A model generated the notes under the pieces. The model was not told the origin of the DNA. It saw nothing but the letters and a program-made list of their open reading frames with translations, and ran no database searches. A DNA stretch of 64,000 bases from Syntrophales bacterium (lineage in GTDB: Bacteria > Desulfobacterota > Syntrophia > Syntrophales > UBA2210): the NCBI GenBank assembly GCA_963666365.2, contig CAXXNF010000002.1, forward strand, positions 928,001 to 992,000, in the 5' to 3' direction. Below, one piece after another: positions 27,692-38,482 of the stretch (position 1 is the first letter of the stretch; every line of letters begins with the position of its first letter). The translations under genes and the position numbers were made by a program.

Positions 27692-28660
27692 CTAGAGGAT
27701 GAGCATCCATCGGTATTCCCTGATATGATCGAGAAGTTCGTAAATGATTTCCTGTGTGTCCGATCCCACCATGCGACCCACAAAGATGTTTCTCATCCGG
27801 GACGTTTTTTCTAGGCCGACTAAATCAATCAGGGCGCCGGTGACCACGCGTTTACCCCACCAGGCGGCAGTTTTGATCAAATGATCGAAGCGAATGGTAT
27901 ACTCGGAGTGATCTTTGAGGCAAATCTCCCTCGGAAACCCGTCGCAGGACAGACCACGGGCCAGATAGGCCATGCCCTCCGGGATAATCGGATCGCTTGA
28001 ATGCTCGGAAATGAAAGCACAGGCGCCGGATTTACAGATCTCCTCCACCAGACAAACTGCCCCCATATTGAAGTGGAACAATTCTTCCCGGGGAATGGTA
28101 AGGCCATAACGCGCCACTCTCTCCTCCACGGCGTGAGGAAGACGTCGTGAATCGAGATCGGTCCATGTATCCAGATCGCCGACGACTTCATTGATTATAA
28201 AGAGATCAATTCCGGAAAGCGCCGGCACAATCCCATGGGCATCCCCGTTGATAAAGGATATTTTGTTTTTCCACTGTTTCAGCAGGCCACGCTGCCTTTG
28301 CAAGAGATTGAAGGACAGATCGATCATGCAGACATGGCGGAGGCTTTCTGCATAGCAGGACAGCAGACCCTTCATAAGATTGCCGTAGCCGCCGCCTATT
28401 TCACAGATCCGCCCGTTGCCGTTCATAAGACCCTTATCATATAAAAGGTCCCCGATAATTTCGCCGTAGGCCCGCGGGTGCTCTATGGCGATCATGTAGG
28501 GTGAATCCGCTCTGGCCAGGGATTCGCAGATGGTATGTTCAGTAAAGAGATCGACCGGCTGCATCCGGTAAAAAGCGGCCGTTGAATTCACCTGCCTCAT
28601 CAGGTCATTACCTTGTTCCGATTGCATACCATTATCGTGCATCCGTGACACTGCTGTCAT
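27692..28660 (-). CDS. Class I SAM-dependent methyltransferase
   Basis: ICEIGGGYG motif I, IDLS motif II, INEVVGDL; exact start uncertain. Confidence 0.75.
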   Translation of the reverse strand: MTAVSRMHDNGMQSEQGNDLMRQVNSTAAFYRMQPVDLFTEHTICESLARADSPYMIAIEHPRAYGEIIGDLLYDKGLMNGNGRICEIGGGYGNLMKGLLSCYAESLRHVCMIDLSFNLLQRQRGLLKQWKNKISFINGDAHGIVPALSGIDLFIINEVVGDLDTWTDLDSRRLPHAVEERVARYGLTIPREELFHFNMGAVCLVEEICKSGACAFISEHSSDPIIPEGMAYLARGLSCDGFPREICLKDHSEYTIRFDHLIKTAAWWGKRVVTGALIDLVGLEKTSRMRNIFVGRMVGSDTQEIIYELLDHIREYRWMLIL

Positions 28661-28860
28661 AACCGCCTGTCATAGAGCATTTGTTGTGTCTGCTCCTTTT
28701 TTATACAAACACCACTCCATTATATACCAGCGCTTTTTATTACAGACACCACCCCGGGTCAAGCGAAACCATCAAACTCGAAGGTGCTGTCAGTTTTTAT
28801 TGAAATTTACATTTCCTTCATATATGGTAATGTGCTTTGTTTCAGGGAGATGATTGATTG

Positions 28861-30810
28861 ATGGGCAAAACACTGGTGGAAAAGATCATTGAAGGGCGCC
28901 TTGTTTCTGGCACATTTACTCCAGGCAGGGAGATTTCAATTCGCATCGATCAGACGCTTACCCAGGATGCCACGGGCACCATGGCGTATCTTCAGTTCGA
29001 AGCCCTCAATATCCCCCGTGTAACCACGGAACTCTCCGTCAGCTATATCGACCACAATACAGTACAGATAGGCTATGAAAACGGCGACGATCACGCATAT
29101 CTTGCGGACATCGCTCAAAACTACGGCATCTATCTCTCTCGGGCCGGTAACGGCATCTGCCATCAGGTGCATCTGGAACGATTCGGAATCCCGGGTAAAA
29201 CGCTTCTCGGTTCCGATAGCCACACCCCCACGGGGGGGGGCATGGGCATGCTTGCCATCGGCGCCGGCGGTCTTGACGTGGCGCTTGCCATGGGAGGTGA
29301 ACCCTTTTTTCTTACCTGCCCCAGGGTGGTCGGCATTACCCTGACGGGGAAACTCAGACCCTGGGTGTCGGCAAAAGATGTGGTTCTCAGGATACTTGAA
29401 CTTTTCACCACAAAGGGGAATGTGGGAACCGTTTTCGAGTACCGAGGCGATGGACTTGCCACTTTGACAGTACCGGAACGAGCCACAATCGCCAACATGG
29501 GCGCCGAGTGCGGGGTGACCACCTCGATCTTTCCAAGCGACGAAATGACACGCCGTTTTCTTACGGCCCAAAGACGCAAAAGAGACTGGGTGGAACTCAC
29601 CGCCGACAGTGACGCGGTCTATGATCGAATCGTTGATATCGATCTTTCGGAAATAGAACCGCTGGCCGCCGCTCCTCACAGTCCCGAGAACACAGTTTCC
29701 ATAAAACACATAACCGGAACACCGGTCGATCAGGTCTGCATAGGAAGCTGTACCAACTCGTCCTATAAAGATCTTGCGACAGTCGCCGCGATGCTCAAGA
29801 GAAAACATATTCACAGACGCGTAGGCCTTGTCGTTGCGCCCGGCTCCCGACAGGTCCTTGAAAACCTTGCCCGGGACGGATTTCTTGCCGACCTTATCGC
29901 CGCCGGGGCGCGCATCGATGAGTGCGCCTGTGGATTCTGTATCGGAAACAGCAGGAGTCCCTCATCGGGCGCAGTGTCGCTCCGCACATCCAACAGAAAC
30001 TTCAAGGGACGGTCGGGCACGGGAGACGCCAAAGTCTATCTCGTGAGCCCCGAAACAGCTGCCGCTGCGGCAATCAGCGGCCGAATCACCGATCCAAGAG
30101 ATCTGGGAATCCCATATCCGTCAGTCGAACCACCCCTGCAATTTCACATCGACGACGGCATGATTGTCCCGCCGGATGCATCACAGAACTCAGCGGTAAA
30201 AATTCGCCGGGGTCCCAACATCGGCGACCCCCCTGCCGGCGAACCCCTCCCCGCTGACATTGCAGGTGAAGTCACGATCAAAGTAGGCGATAGAATTACC
30301 ACGGACCACATCATGCCCGCCGGCGCCCGCATGAAATATCGCTCAAATATCGCTCGGTACGCCGAATTCGTCTTCGAACCGATAGACCCCTCATTTTCAG
30401 ACCGCGCAGCGGCAATCAAAAAGGAAGGCCGGCACAACATCATTATTGCTGGACTTTCCTATGGTCAGGGATCATCCCGTGAGCATGCGGCCCTGTGCCC
30501 CATGCATCTGGGAGTGAAGGCGGTGCTGGCGAAATCCTTTGAACGAATCCACGAATCGAACTTGATCAATTTCGGAATCGCTCCTTTCACATTTGCCGAC
30601 AGATCGGATTACGATGCAATTGACCAGGCGGATCTAATTGAGATACCGGCCATTCATGAACGTATTGCTTCGGACGATCCGATCATTGTAATCAACACAA
30701 CGAAAGGCCGTTCCTTTCAGGTACGATACAGTCTTTCCCCACGGCAGAAAGACATACTGCTGGCGGGGGGGGCGCTGAATTTTTCAAAGCATGCACGATT
30801 ATCGCTTTAA
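28861..30810 (+). CDS. Aconitate hydratase
   Basis: TQDATGT, DHN, GICHQVH, GSDSHT, IGSCTNS, CGFCIG, TSNRNF, TTDHI, GSSREHA. Confidence 0.95.
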   Translation: MGKTLVEKIIEGRLVSGTFTPGREISIRIDQTLTQDATGTMAYLQFEALNIPRVTTELSVSYIDHNTVQIGYENGDDHAYLADIAQNYGIYLSRAGNGICHQVHLERFGIPGKTLLGSDSHTPTGGGMGMLAIGAGGLDVALAMGGEPFFLTCPRVVGITLTGKLRPWVSAKDVVLRILELFTTKGNVGTVFEYRGDGLATLTVPERATIANMGAECGVTTSIFPSDEMTRRFLTAQRRKRDWVELTADSDAVYDRIVDIDLSEIEPLAAAPHSPENTVSIKHITGTPVDQVCIGSCTNSSYKDLATVAAMLKRKHIHRRVGLVVAPGSRQVLENLARDGFLADLIAAGARIDECACGFCIGNSRSPSSGAVSLRTSNRNFKGRSGTGDAKVYLVSPETAAAAAISGRITDPRDLGIPYPSVEPPLQFHIDDGMIVPPDASQNSAVKIRRGPNIGDPPAGEPLPADIAGEVTIKVGDRITTDHIMPAGARMKYRSNIARYAEFVFEPIDPSFSDRAAAIKKEGRHNIIIAGLSYGQGSSREHAALCPMHLGVKAVLAKSFERIHESNLINFGIAPFTFADRSDYDAIDQADLIEIPAIHERIASDDPIIVINTTKGRSFQVRYSLSPRQKDILLAGGALNFSKHARLSL

Positions 30811-30825
30811 TGAGGAAGAGATACA

Positions 30826-32055
30826 ATGAGCAGCACAAAGAAAATCAAAGTTGTCAGCCCCATCGTTGAGATGGACGGTGACGAAATGACCCGCGTGATG
30901 TGGACCATGATAAAGGAAAAACTCCTTTACCCCTTTCTCGATATGGATATCCGTTACTACGACCTGCACATCGCCAATCGAGATATAACCAACGATCGGG
31001 TAACGGTGGAGGCGGCCGAGGCAACCATGGAATATGGCGTGGCCGTTAAGTGTGCCACCATTACCGCCAATATGGATCGGGTAAAGGAGTACAATCTGAA
31101 ACAGATGTGGAAAAGCCCGAACGGAACAATCAGGGCCATGCTTGACGGAACGGTCTTCAGGGCGCCAATAATTGTCAAAAACATCAAGCCTCTTATTCCT
31201 TCCTGGCGTCACCCCATAGTGATCGGCAGACACGCTTACGGCGACGTGTATGATAATGTGGAACTCTCCGTCCCCGGTCCCGGGGCGGCTGAAATCACCT
31301 TCACCCCTTCAGACGGCTCACCGGCTGTGCGAAGCGTTATAAAGAATTTTACGGGCACCGGCATCATTCAGGGTATTCATAATACCGATATATCGATTCG
31401 AAACTTTGCACAAGCCTGTTTTATATTTGCGTACGAAAGGAAGATCGATCTCTGGTTCAGCACCAAGGATACGATTTCCAAAATCTATGACGCGCGCTTT
31501 CGGGATATTTTCGAAGAGGAATACCGGCGCCACTGGAAAGAGAAGTTTCGCGATGCCGGAATTGAGTATTTCTTTACGCTTATAGATGATGCAGTTGCGA
31601 GGGTGGTTCGCTCTCAGGGAGGAATGCTCTGGGCTTTAAAAAATTACGACGGTGATGTGATGTCCGATATGATTGCCACCACCTACGGCAGTCTTGCCAT
31701 GATGACCTCCATCCTCGTCTCTCCGAAAGGATTTTACGAGTACGAAGCGGCCCACGGCACCGTACAGAAGCACTACTACCGGTACCTGGAAGGCGAGAAA
31801 ACGTCGACCAATTCAATGGCCCTCATTTTTGCGTGGTCCGGCGGACTCCGCAAACGGGGAGAACTGGATGAAACAGAAGATTTAGTAGACTTTGCCGACA
31901 GGCTTGAAGCAGCGGCGATAGAAACCATCGAAGCGGGAATCATGACAGGCGACCTTCTGCTTGTGGCCGATCCCGATCCACACAACCGCAAGGTAACCAC
32001 GGAAGAATTCATTGATGCCATTGCAGATCGACTCCACTCAAAAAAAGGCCGATAA
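30826..32055 (+). CDS. icd: NADP-dependent isocitrate dehydrogenase
   Basis: GDEMTR, KCATIT, SPNGTIR, GRHAYGD, NYDGDVMSD, EAAHGTV. Confidence 0.96.
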   Translation: MSSTKKIKVVSPIVEMDGDEMTRVMWTMIKEKLLYPFLDMDIRYYDLHIANRDITNDRVTVEAAEATMEYGVAVKCATITANMDRVKEYNLKQMWKSPNGTIRAMLDGTVFRAPIIVKNIKPLIPSWRHPIVIGRHAYGDVYDNVELSVPGPGAAEITFTPSDGSPAVRSVIKNFTGTGIIQGIHNTDISIRNFAQACFIFAYERKIDLWFSTKDTISKIYDARFRDIFEEEYRRHWKEKFRDAGIEYFFTLIDDAVARVVRSQGGMLWALKNYDGDVMSDMIATTYGSLAMMTSILVSPKGFYEYEAAHGTVQKHYYRYLEGEKTSTNSMALIFAWSGGLRKRGELDETEDLVDFADRLEAAAIETIEAGIMTGDLLLVADPDPHNRKVTTEEFIDAIADRLHSKKGR

Positions 32056-33106
32056 GCCTGATTTGAAGGATATGACCCTGGAGGAGATGGAGGAATTCAT
32101 CTCCCGGCTCGGCAAGGAACGGTACCGCGCCCGGCAGCTTATGAAGTGGATGTACCAGTCCGGCGCCACCGATTTCGATGACATGACGAACCTGTCGAAG
32201 GAATTCAGAAAAAATATAAAAGGACTGGCACGGGTCAGTGCGCTCTCTTTGGAGGAAGTGCAGAAATCGGCGGACGGCACAAAAAAGGCACTTTTTCGTC
32301 TTGACGACGGCAACTACATAGAAAGCGTGCTCATTCGAGAGATGAACCACTGGACGCTCTGCATTTCCACCCAGGTGGGGTGTCCCATGGGATGTGCATT
32401 CTGTCTGACGGGAAAGCAGGGATTTACACGGAATCTGCGTCCTTCTGAAATTGTCGGTCAGATCACGGCACTCCGCTTCGGCACTCCCGAGGGGGCAACA
32501 ATTAAAAATATCGTCATGATGGGCATGGGGGAACCCCTGCTCAACTATGACAATATTCTCAAGGCCATCGAAATTATGACCCTGGATGTGGGACTGCTCA
32601 TGTCCAGAAGAAGAGTCACCGTGTCAACCTGCGGCATTGTTCCCATGATCTACCGACTGGGCAAGGATATCTGCGTGAACCTTGCCGTGTCGCTCAACGC
32701 ACCCGACAATGCCACACGGAACATGCTTATGCCGATAAACAAGACCTACCCCCTTGAAGCGTTGATCGAGGCATGTCGGACCTACCCCATGCCGCGCCGC
32801 CGAAGGATCACCTTCGAATACATCCTGATAGGGGGCGTCAATGATTCTCCCGTCCATGCAAAAAAAGTGGCGGCCCTGATCAGGGGGGTGCGGTGCAAAT
32901 TCAATCTTATCAGATTTAATGAATATCCGGGGAGTCCCTTCAGAACATCGCGGGATGAAGATGTGGCCGCCTTTCAGGAACTGCTGGTAAAACAGGGATA
33001 CACTGCCGTGATACGAAAGAGCAAAGGGCGGGACATTCTGGCGGCTTGTGGACAACTGAGCGGAAAGAAAAACAGCGGCGATCCTCAGGCGGATCCATCG
33101 GTGTAA
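32015..33106 (+). CDS. rlmN: Dual-specificity RNA methyltransferase RlmN (radical SAM)
   Basis: CISTQVGCPMGCAFC, MGMGEP, FEYIL, AACGQL; start uncertain because it overlaps the icd end. Confidence 0.95.
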   Translation: MPLQIDSTQKKADKPDLKDMTLEEMEEFISRLGKERYRARQLMKWMYQSGATDFDDMTNLSKEFRKNIKGLARVSALSLEEVQKSADGTKKALFRLDDGNYIESVLIREMNHWTLCISTQVGCPMGCAFCLTGKQGFTRNLRPSEIVGQITALRFGTPEGATIKNIVMMGMGEPLLNYDNILKAIEIMTLDVGLLMSRRRVTVSTCGIVPMIYRLGKDICVNLAVSLNAPDNATRNMLMPINKTYPLEALIEACRTYPMPRRRRITFEYILIGGVNDSPVHAKKVAALIRGVRCKFNLIRFNEYPGSPFRTSRDEDVAAFQELLVKQGYTAVIRKSKGRDILAACGQLSGKKNSGDPQADPSV

Positions 33107-33272
33107 TCAAATATTATCCTTATTTATCAAAGAGTTGTAGCCCACGATGTTTCACATGAAGAAAGGTATGGCATTAAATAGCGCCCTGTGATACAACGCA
33201 CTCTACACAAATGAGGAACCGAATTTCAATAAGTCTTTCACGGTTTCCTGCAAAGGATGCCCACCATATACA

Positions 33273-34247
33273 ATGATGATGTACGCTCACAATGGACAGA
33301 TGCGTTCTTCCGCAGTTCGAGGAAAACAACGCCGCATAAAGACTGCTCGTGCCTTGGCAGCAGCACTTTTCACGGGAATTGCCGTGGTGGAAAAGCTCTA
33401 CCTGCTTTCGCCGTTAATCGCGGGACGCAGACTGAGGCCTGAAATATCCACATTGATGGCTCACCAGCGTTGTGCGGCAGCGCCCTGTGAAAGTGGTGTC
33501 TCATCACTTCGTGTGCTGACGCTGAACACCGCCCATGGAAGAAAGAACAACGCGCACCAGATACTCCAGAAGCGCCCCGCAACCCGCGCCAACCTCGATG
33601 ATATAGCGAAAATATTAAAGAGAGAGCGCCCTGACATTGTCGCGCTTCAGGAAACCGACGGTCCCTCCGTATGGAGTGGCATGTTCGATCATGTTGAGTA
33701 CCTTGCGCAAAAAGCGGACTATCCCTATTCCATCCTCGGCGAGCATGTAAAGGGAAAAAGAAATGTCTACGGTACCGCATTGCTTTCCACCGCACCGCTT
33801 CAGACGCCGGAGTCAATTAAATTTTCGCCTGCGCCGCCAACCTTCTCAAAAGGCGCCGTTATTTCTACAATTCAGTTTCCCGGCAATCATTCCATCGATA
33901 TTGATGTCGTTTCGGTACATCTTGATTTTGCAAGAAAATCCGTAAGAAAGCGGCAGGCCGAGGAACTGACTGACCGCCTTCTCTCCCGGGAACGACCCCT
34001 GATCCTGATGGGTGATTTCAATTGCGAGTGGACATCGGGGGAATCAACGCTTCCCTTCCTTGCCCGCACACTCAATGTAAAGGCATACCGCCCCTACGCG
34101 CAGGATTTAACGACCTATCCGACGTCGGATCGACGTCTCGACTGGATACTCATCTCGCCGGAGCTTGAGTTCATCGATTATCACGTGTTCCACGACACCA
34201 TGTCCGATCACCTGGGCGTGCTCTCAGAAATCGGTTTGGCTATCTGA
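33273..34247 (+). CDS. Endonuclease/exonuclease/phosphatase family protein
   Basis: VLTLN, DIVALQE, SVHLD, MGDFN, LDWIL, SDHL; start uncertain. Confidence 0.88.
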   Translation: MMMYAHNGQMRSSAVRGKQRRIKTARALAAALFTGIAVVEKLYLLSPLIAGRRLRPEISTLMAHQRCAAAPCESGVSSLRVLTLNTAHGRKNNAHQILQKRPATRANLDDIAKILKRERPDIVALQETDGPSVWSGMFDHVEYLAQKADYPYSILGEHVKGKRNVYGTALLSTAPLQTPESIKFSPAPPTFSKGAVISTIQFPGNHSIDIDVVSVHLDFARKSVRKRQAEELTDRLLSRERPLILMGDFNCEWTSGESTLPFLARTLNVKAYRPYAQDLTTYPTSDRRLDWILISPELEFIDYHVFHDTMSDHLGVLSEIGLAI

Positions 34248-36504
34248 TGCTTCTTTCACCCGATTGCCGCCACAGGCGCCGCAAACGAAGCGAGTTGCTC
34301 ACCACCGATACGGAACTGAGCGCCATGGCAACAGCCGCAAACATGGGATTTAATAATATGCCGAAAAAGGGGTAAAGGATCCCCGCGGCAATTGGAATTC
34401 CCATACTGTTGTAAAAAAACGCCCAGAAGAGATTCTGTCTGATAACCCGCATGGTCAATTCCGAAAGCGCAATAGCCTCCACAACAAGGGTAAGATCGTT
34501 TCTCATGAGGGTAATGTCGCTTGCCTCGGCGGCGATATCCGTTCCTGCGCCAATGGCAATCCCGATATCAGCCGCAGCCAGTGCAGGGGCATCATTGATG
34601 CCGTCACCCACCATGGCGACAACCCGGTTTTCCTCCTGCAGCAACCTGATCTTGTCCGCCTTTTCCCCGGGAAGCACTTCCGCCTCAACATGATCGATTC
34701 CTACAGCCCGTGCTGTCATGGTCGCTGTTTCCTTATGATCGCCGGTAATCATGGCCACGTAAAGTCCTCTTTCTTTTAATCGAGACACCGCATCGCGGGC
34801 CGATTCTTTCGGCGCATCGGCAAAGGCGAGCACTCCCGCCGGTTTTCCGTCAAGAACGACATAGGCAATGGTCTTCCCCTGGCCGATCAGTGAAGCGGCC
34901 TCTTTTTCAAGGCCTGCTGTCGAAACCCCTTCCTGTAAAAGAAGCTTTCCACTCCCCACCAGAACATGCATGCCTTTGACAATGCCCCGGGCCCCAAGAC
35001 CCGAAAGCGCGATAAATTCTTCCACAGGCAGAGAGGGAAGCCCCGTCTCGCGGGCGCGTATGGAAATAGCTGCGGCAAGTGGGTGTTCGGAGACCGACTC
35101 TATGGAATGCACCATCTGCAATAGTGTATTCGAATCAATGCCGGAGACAGGAATCACGTCCGTCACCACCAGTTCTCCTTTTGTTAACGTCCCTGTTTTG
35201 TCGAAGACAACGGCATCGAGCTTGTACGCTTTTTCGAGGGTTTCGCCTCCTCTGATCAGAATGCCGCTCTCCGCGCCCAAACCCGTCCCCACCATCACCG
35301 CCGTCGGCGTTGCCAGCCCCATTGCGCAGGGGCAGGCAATGATCAGCACGGACACGAAATTGAGAAGCGCCCGGCTGAAATCGGCGCCGGGGACCACCAC
35401 AAACCAGATCACAAAAGTGAGTACCGAGACGGCAAGAACCACGGGGACGAACACGGATGCTACCTTGTCCGCAAGACGTTGAATTGGCGCCTTCGATCCC
35501 TGCGCCTCCTCCACAAGACGGATAATCTGCGCCAGGGCCGTTTCTGCACCAACGGCTGTTGCCTGGAAGGAAATGCTCCCGTTTTGGTTAACGGTACCGC
35601 CGAAAACAGCATCACCTTCCTTTTTTTCGATGGGAAGGCTTTCACCGGTCAGCATGGATTCATCGACGGTAGAGCGTCCCTTCACTACCCGGCCATCAGT
35701 GGGAATCTGTTCTCCGGGGCGTACAAGAACTAAGGCGCCCCTGTGCAGGGCATCAATGGGAATATCCCTTTCTTCCCCATCGATGATCACGCGTGCCGTC
35801 TTCGGTTTCAGTGTAAAAAGGTTTTTTATTGCCTCTGAAGTGCTGCCCCTTGCCTTCGCCTCAAGAAGGCGACCGAGAAGCACCAGCGTGACAATCATGG
35901 CTGCGCCATCGAAATATACATGTGGATAGGCGCCGGCCTTCAAAAAGAAACCGGGGAACAGCGTTGCCCACACCGAAGATATATAAGCCGAAAGCGACCC
36001 GATGGTCACGAGGGTATTCATGTCGAAGGTTTTCTGGCGTAAAGCCTTCAACGCCCCGATAATAAATCTGTTTCCCACCCAGAAGATAACGGGGAAGGTC
36101 ATAACCGCCAGCACATACAGCATCATCCGCCGCGGAATATGAACAAGAAAAGGGAACCAGTCCTGCATGGTCCCCATCATGATGCATAAACTCAGCACCG
36201 CACCCACGGACACCTTGCGGACCAGATCCTTTGTCTCCCCTTTCCGGGCCGCCTCAATAGCTCTGTTCGTGGTGTCGCGATCGGAACCGTCTCCTGTCGC
36301 TATAACTTCATAGCCCAGGCTCACCACCTTGTCCCTGAGTACCTCTTCATCAACCACTGCGGGATCGAAATTCACCGAAGCCGTCTCGGAGGCAAAGTTC
36401 ACCGAGGCCGACTCGACCCCATCCAGCGCTCTCAACCCCTCTTCCACACGACGCACACAGGAAGCGCAGCTCATTCCCTGAATATGAAGCTTTTTCTCAG
36501 CCAA
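34240..36504 (-). CDS. copA: Cu(I)-exporting P1B-type ATPase
   Basis: GMSCASC HMA domain, [26 protein letters not shown] and MALSS motifs. Confidence 0.93.
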   Translation of the reverse strand: MAEKKLHIQGMSCASCVRRVEEGLRALDGVESASVNFASETASVNFDPAVVDEEVLRDKVVSLGYEVIATGDGSDRDTTNRAIEAARKGETKDLVRKVSVGAVLSLCIMMGTMQDWFPFLVHIPRRMMLYVLAVMTFPVIFWVGNRFIIGALKALRQKTFDMNTLVTIGSLSAYISSVWATLFPGFFLKAGAYPHVYFDGAAMIVTLVLLGRLLEAKARGSTSEAIKNLFTLKPKTARVIIDGEERDIPIDALHRGALVLVRPGEQIPTDGRVVKGRSTVDESMLTGESLPIEKKEGDAVFGGTVNQNGSISFQATAVGAETALAQIIRLVEEAQGSKAPIQRLADKVASVFVPVVLAVSVLTFVIWFVVVPGADFSRALLNFVSVLIIACPCAMGLATPTAVMVGTGLGAESGILIRGGETLEKAYKLDAVVFDKTGTLTKGELVVTDVIPVSGIDSNTLLQMVHSIESVSEHPLAAAISIRARETGLPSLPVEEFIALSGLGARGIVKGMHVLVGSGKLLLQEGVSTAGLEKEAASLIGQGKTIAYVVLDGKPAGVLAFADAPKESARDAVSRLKERGLYVAMITGDHKETATMTARAVGIDHVEAEVLPGEKADKIRLLQEENRVVAMVGDGINDAPALAAADIGIAIGAGTDIAAEASDITLMRNDLTLVVEAIALSELTMRVIRQNLFWAFFYNSMGIPIAAGILYPFFGILLNPMFAAVAMALSSVSVVSNSLRLRRLWRQSGERSIR

Positions 36505-36694
36505 GCCTGTATCCCGCCTTTTCCAGGTGCTCCTTTATAATCTCCTTTGATACCGGCGACATTTCATCAAATGTCGCCTCCCCGTTCGCCAGATCGACCT
36601 TGACGTGTGCAATCCCCTCAATGTCCTCCAGTGCCTTTTTCACTGCCATCACACAGTGCCGGCATGACATACCCTCGATCTTGATGTTTTTCAT
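36497..36694 (-). CDS. copZ: Copper chaperone (HMA domain)
   Basis: GMSCRHC, C-terminal AGY, 65 aa, overlaps the copA start. Confidence 0.9.
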   Translation of the reverse strand: MKNIKIEGMSCRHCVMAVKKALEDIEGIAHVKVDLANGEATFDEMSPVSKEIIKEHLEKAGYRLG

Positions 36695-37003
36695 TTTTTA
36701 TCTCCCCGATAAATTTCCCGTTCATAAATAAAGGCAACCTCTTTGTTGCCTGTGATTTTACATTGATTATGCTGAGATTACCAGGACCAACGTGAGCACA
36801 GCTGCCCATGTGAATAGCTGTAAAAACCATAGGACACTGCCACGGGAGGCATCTTCAAGGGCCTCTTTCTGCTTGACCAGGCATGTTTTTTTGTATATTT
36901 ATAAAAACATTGAAAAAATAGCCTATAAGGCAATTGTTGTTCCCTCGATATTTCGAAGGACGTTCCTCAAACTATTAATTTCTGGCAGATGGAGGTAGAA
37001 AGA

Positions 37004-37528
37004 ATGGATCAGAACGATCGTTTAAACGCCCTTGAGATTGCGCTCAAAAACGAAGCCCGGGAACGGGAATTTTATCTCCTTCAGGCGGAACGGACGAGCA
37101 ATCCCTTGGGCAAAGCTATGTTCAAAGAAATTGCCGATGATGAGCTTGAACATTACGAGCGACTTACAAAACTGCACGAGGCATGGGAAAAGGAGGGGCA
37201 GTGGCCCGAAACGATTCCTCTTGAAGTTAAGCGTACGAACGTCAAGGATGTGCTTAAACAATTCGTGTCGAATGCAGCCAAACTGCCGGCCGGCGATACC
37301 GACGATCTGAAGGCAGTACGCACCGCCATCGACTTTGAAGCCAAGGGAGTGGAATTTTACGGTCGTCTTCGGGATGGCGTGGCTGATCTCAGAGAAAAGA
37401 AATTCTTCGATCTCCTTGTGTCAATAGAAAATGAGCACTATCTCTCCCTAAAAGAAACGGAAGAGTTCCTGACTGATCCGGCCTCGTGGTACCGTTTGAA
37501 GGAACGCCACACTCTTGACGGAGCTTAA
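37004..37528 (+). CDS. Ferritin-like/rubrerythrin-family diiron protein
   Basis: Two E...FY...ExxH repeats (DELEH, IENEH); GGAGG before ATG 37004. Confidence 0.85.
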   Translation: MDQNDRLNALEIALKNEAREREFYLLQAERTSNPLGKAMFKEIADDELEHYERLTKLHEAWEKEGQWPETIPLEVKRTNVKDVLKQFVSNAAKLPAGDTDDLKAVRTAIDFEAKGVEFYGRLRDGVADLREKKFFDLLVSIENEHYLSLKETEEFLTDPASWYRLKERHTLDGA

Positions 37529-37647
37529 TTGGAAAAGAGGGATTGCTGCTGGAGGAGCGCGGGCAGGACTGCAGCCCAGTAAAAGCTTGCCCATTGTTCC
37601 ATCATTGTGATAACTCTACCCCGCATTTACTATCGGTGAGGTGAATC

Positions 37648-38460
37648 ATGAAAAAGATGAGTCTCTATGCAGTAAGCATTCTGTTGCTGCTTATCGGAGC
37701 AACATCGGCCCTTGCCCAGCCGAAAACGGATTGGCTGGAGATAGGAAAGGCAGCCGAAATGGAACATCAATATGAAGCTGCGATTGTCGCCTACACGGAG
37801 GCTATCAAACTCAGTCCATCGTCTCCGAACCCATACTTCAACCGTGCGCGACTGAACTATCGTTTGAACCCTACTGAATGCGTGTCGGCGTTACACGATC
37901 TGAATAAAGCCATAAGCCTTGACCCGGGCAATGCCGAAGCCTATTACTTGAGGGGACTCGTCAACTTTTACATGCTCAACAATGACAGCGGTAGAAAAAA
38001 CATGGAACTGGCGGCGGCGCTGAGACACGAAAAAGCCTATGCGTTTCTTCATCCTCAGGCTTCGGGCGCGAATAAGGGCGGCGCAGTATACGTCAGCCTG
38101 GGCGGCGCCACTTCATCGGGAAAACCGTCGATCATACAATTCGACATCAATAAAATCGACATAAAGGAACCCGACAGGCAACTCCTCGATGCAATCGGAT
38201 CAAAGCTGTCACAGGAGCTCACCACTGTCACCATCTTCATTACCGGTCATACAGACAACACCGGATCTGAGGAATACAACGAATCGCTGTCACTTCGTCG
38301 GGCGGAGGCAGTACAGTCGTACCTTATGGAGCAATCGGGCATCGCACCTGATCGCATTGTAGTGAGGGCCTACGGCGAAACCCTTCCGATTGCGTCCAAT
38401 AAGACAGAAGCGGGACGAGCCCTCAACCGCCGGGCAGACCTCATCGGCGTAAAGAAATAA
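37648..38460 (+). CDS. TPR + OmpA-like peptidoglycan-binding protein
   Basis: Signal peptide, TPRs, C-terminal GHTDNTGSEEYNESLSLRRA...NRR. Confidence 0.9.
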   Translation: MKKMSLYAVSILLLLIGATSALAQPKTDWLEIGKAAEMEHQYEAAIVAYTEAIKLSPSSPNPYFNRARLNYRLNPTECVSALHDLNKAISLDPGNAEAYYLRGLVNFYMLNNDSGRKNMELAAALRHEKAYAFLHPQASGANKGGAVYVSLGGATSSGKPSIIQFDINKIDIKEPDRQLLDAIGSKLSQELTTVTIFITGHTDNTGSEEYNESLSLRRAEAVQSYLMEQSGIAPDRIVVRAYGETLPIASNKTEAGRALNRRADLIGVKK

Positions 38461-38482
38461 GGAGCCAAGGAGACAATTTGCG

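Noticed and set aside
33148..33163. parS-like site TGTTTCACATGAAGAA (similar at 1764-1779)
   Set aside because: Only 13/16 matches with broken symmetry, and no parAB or origin context.
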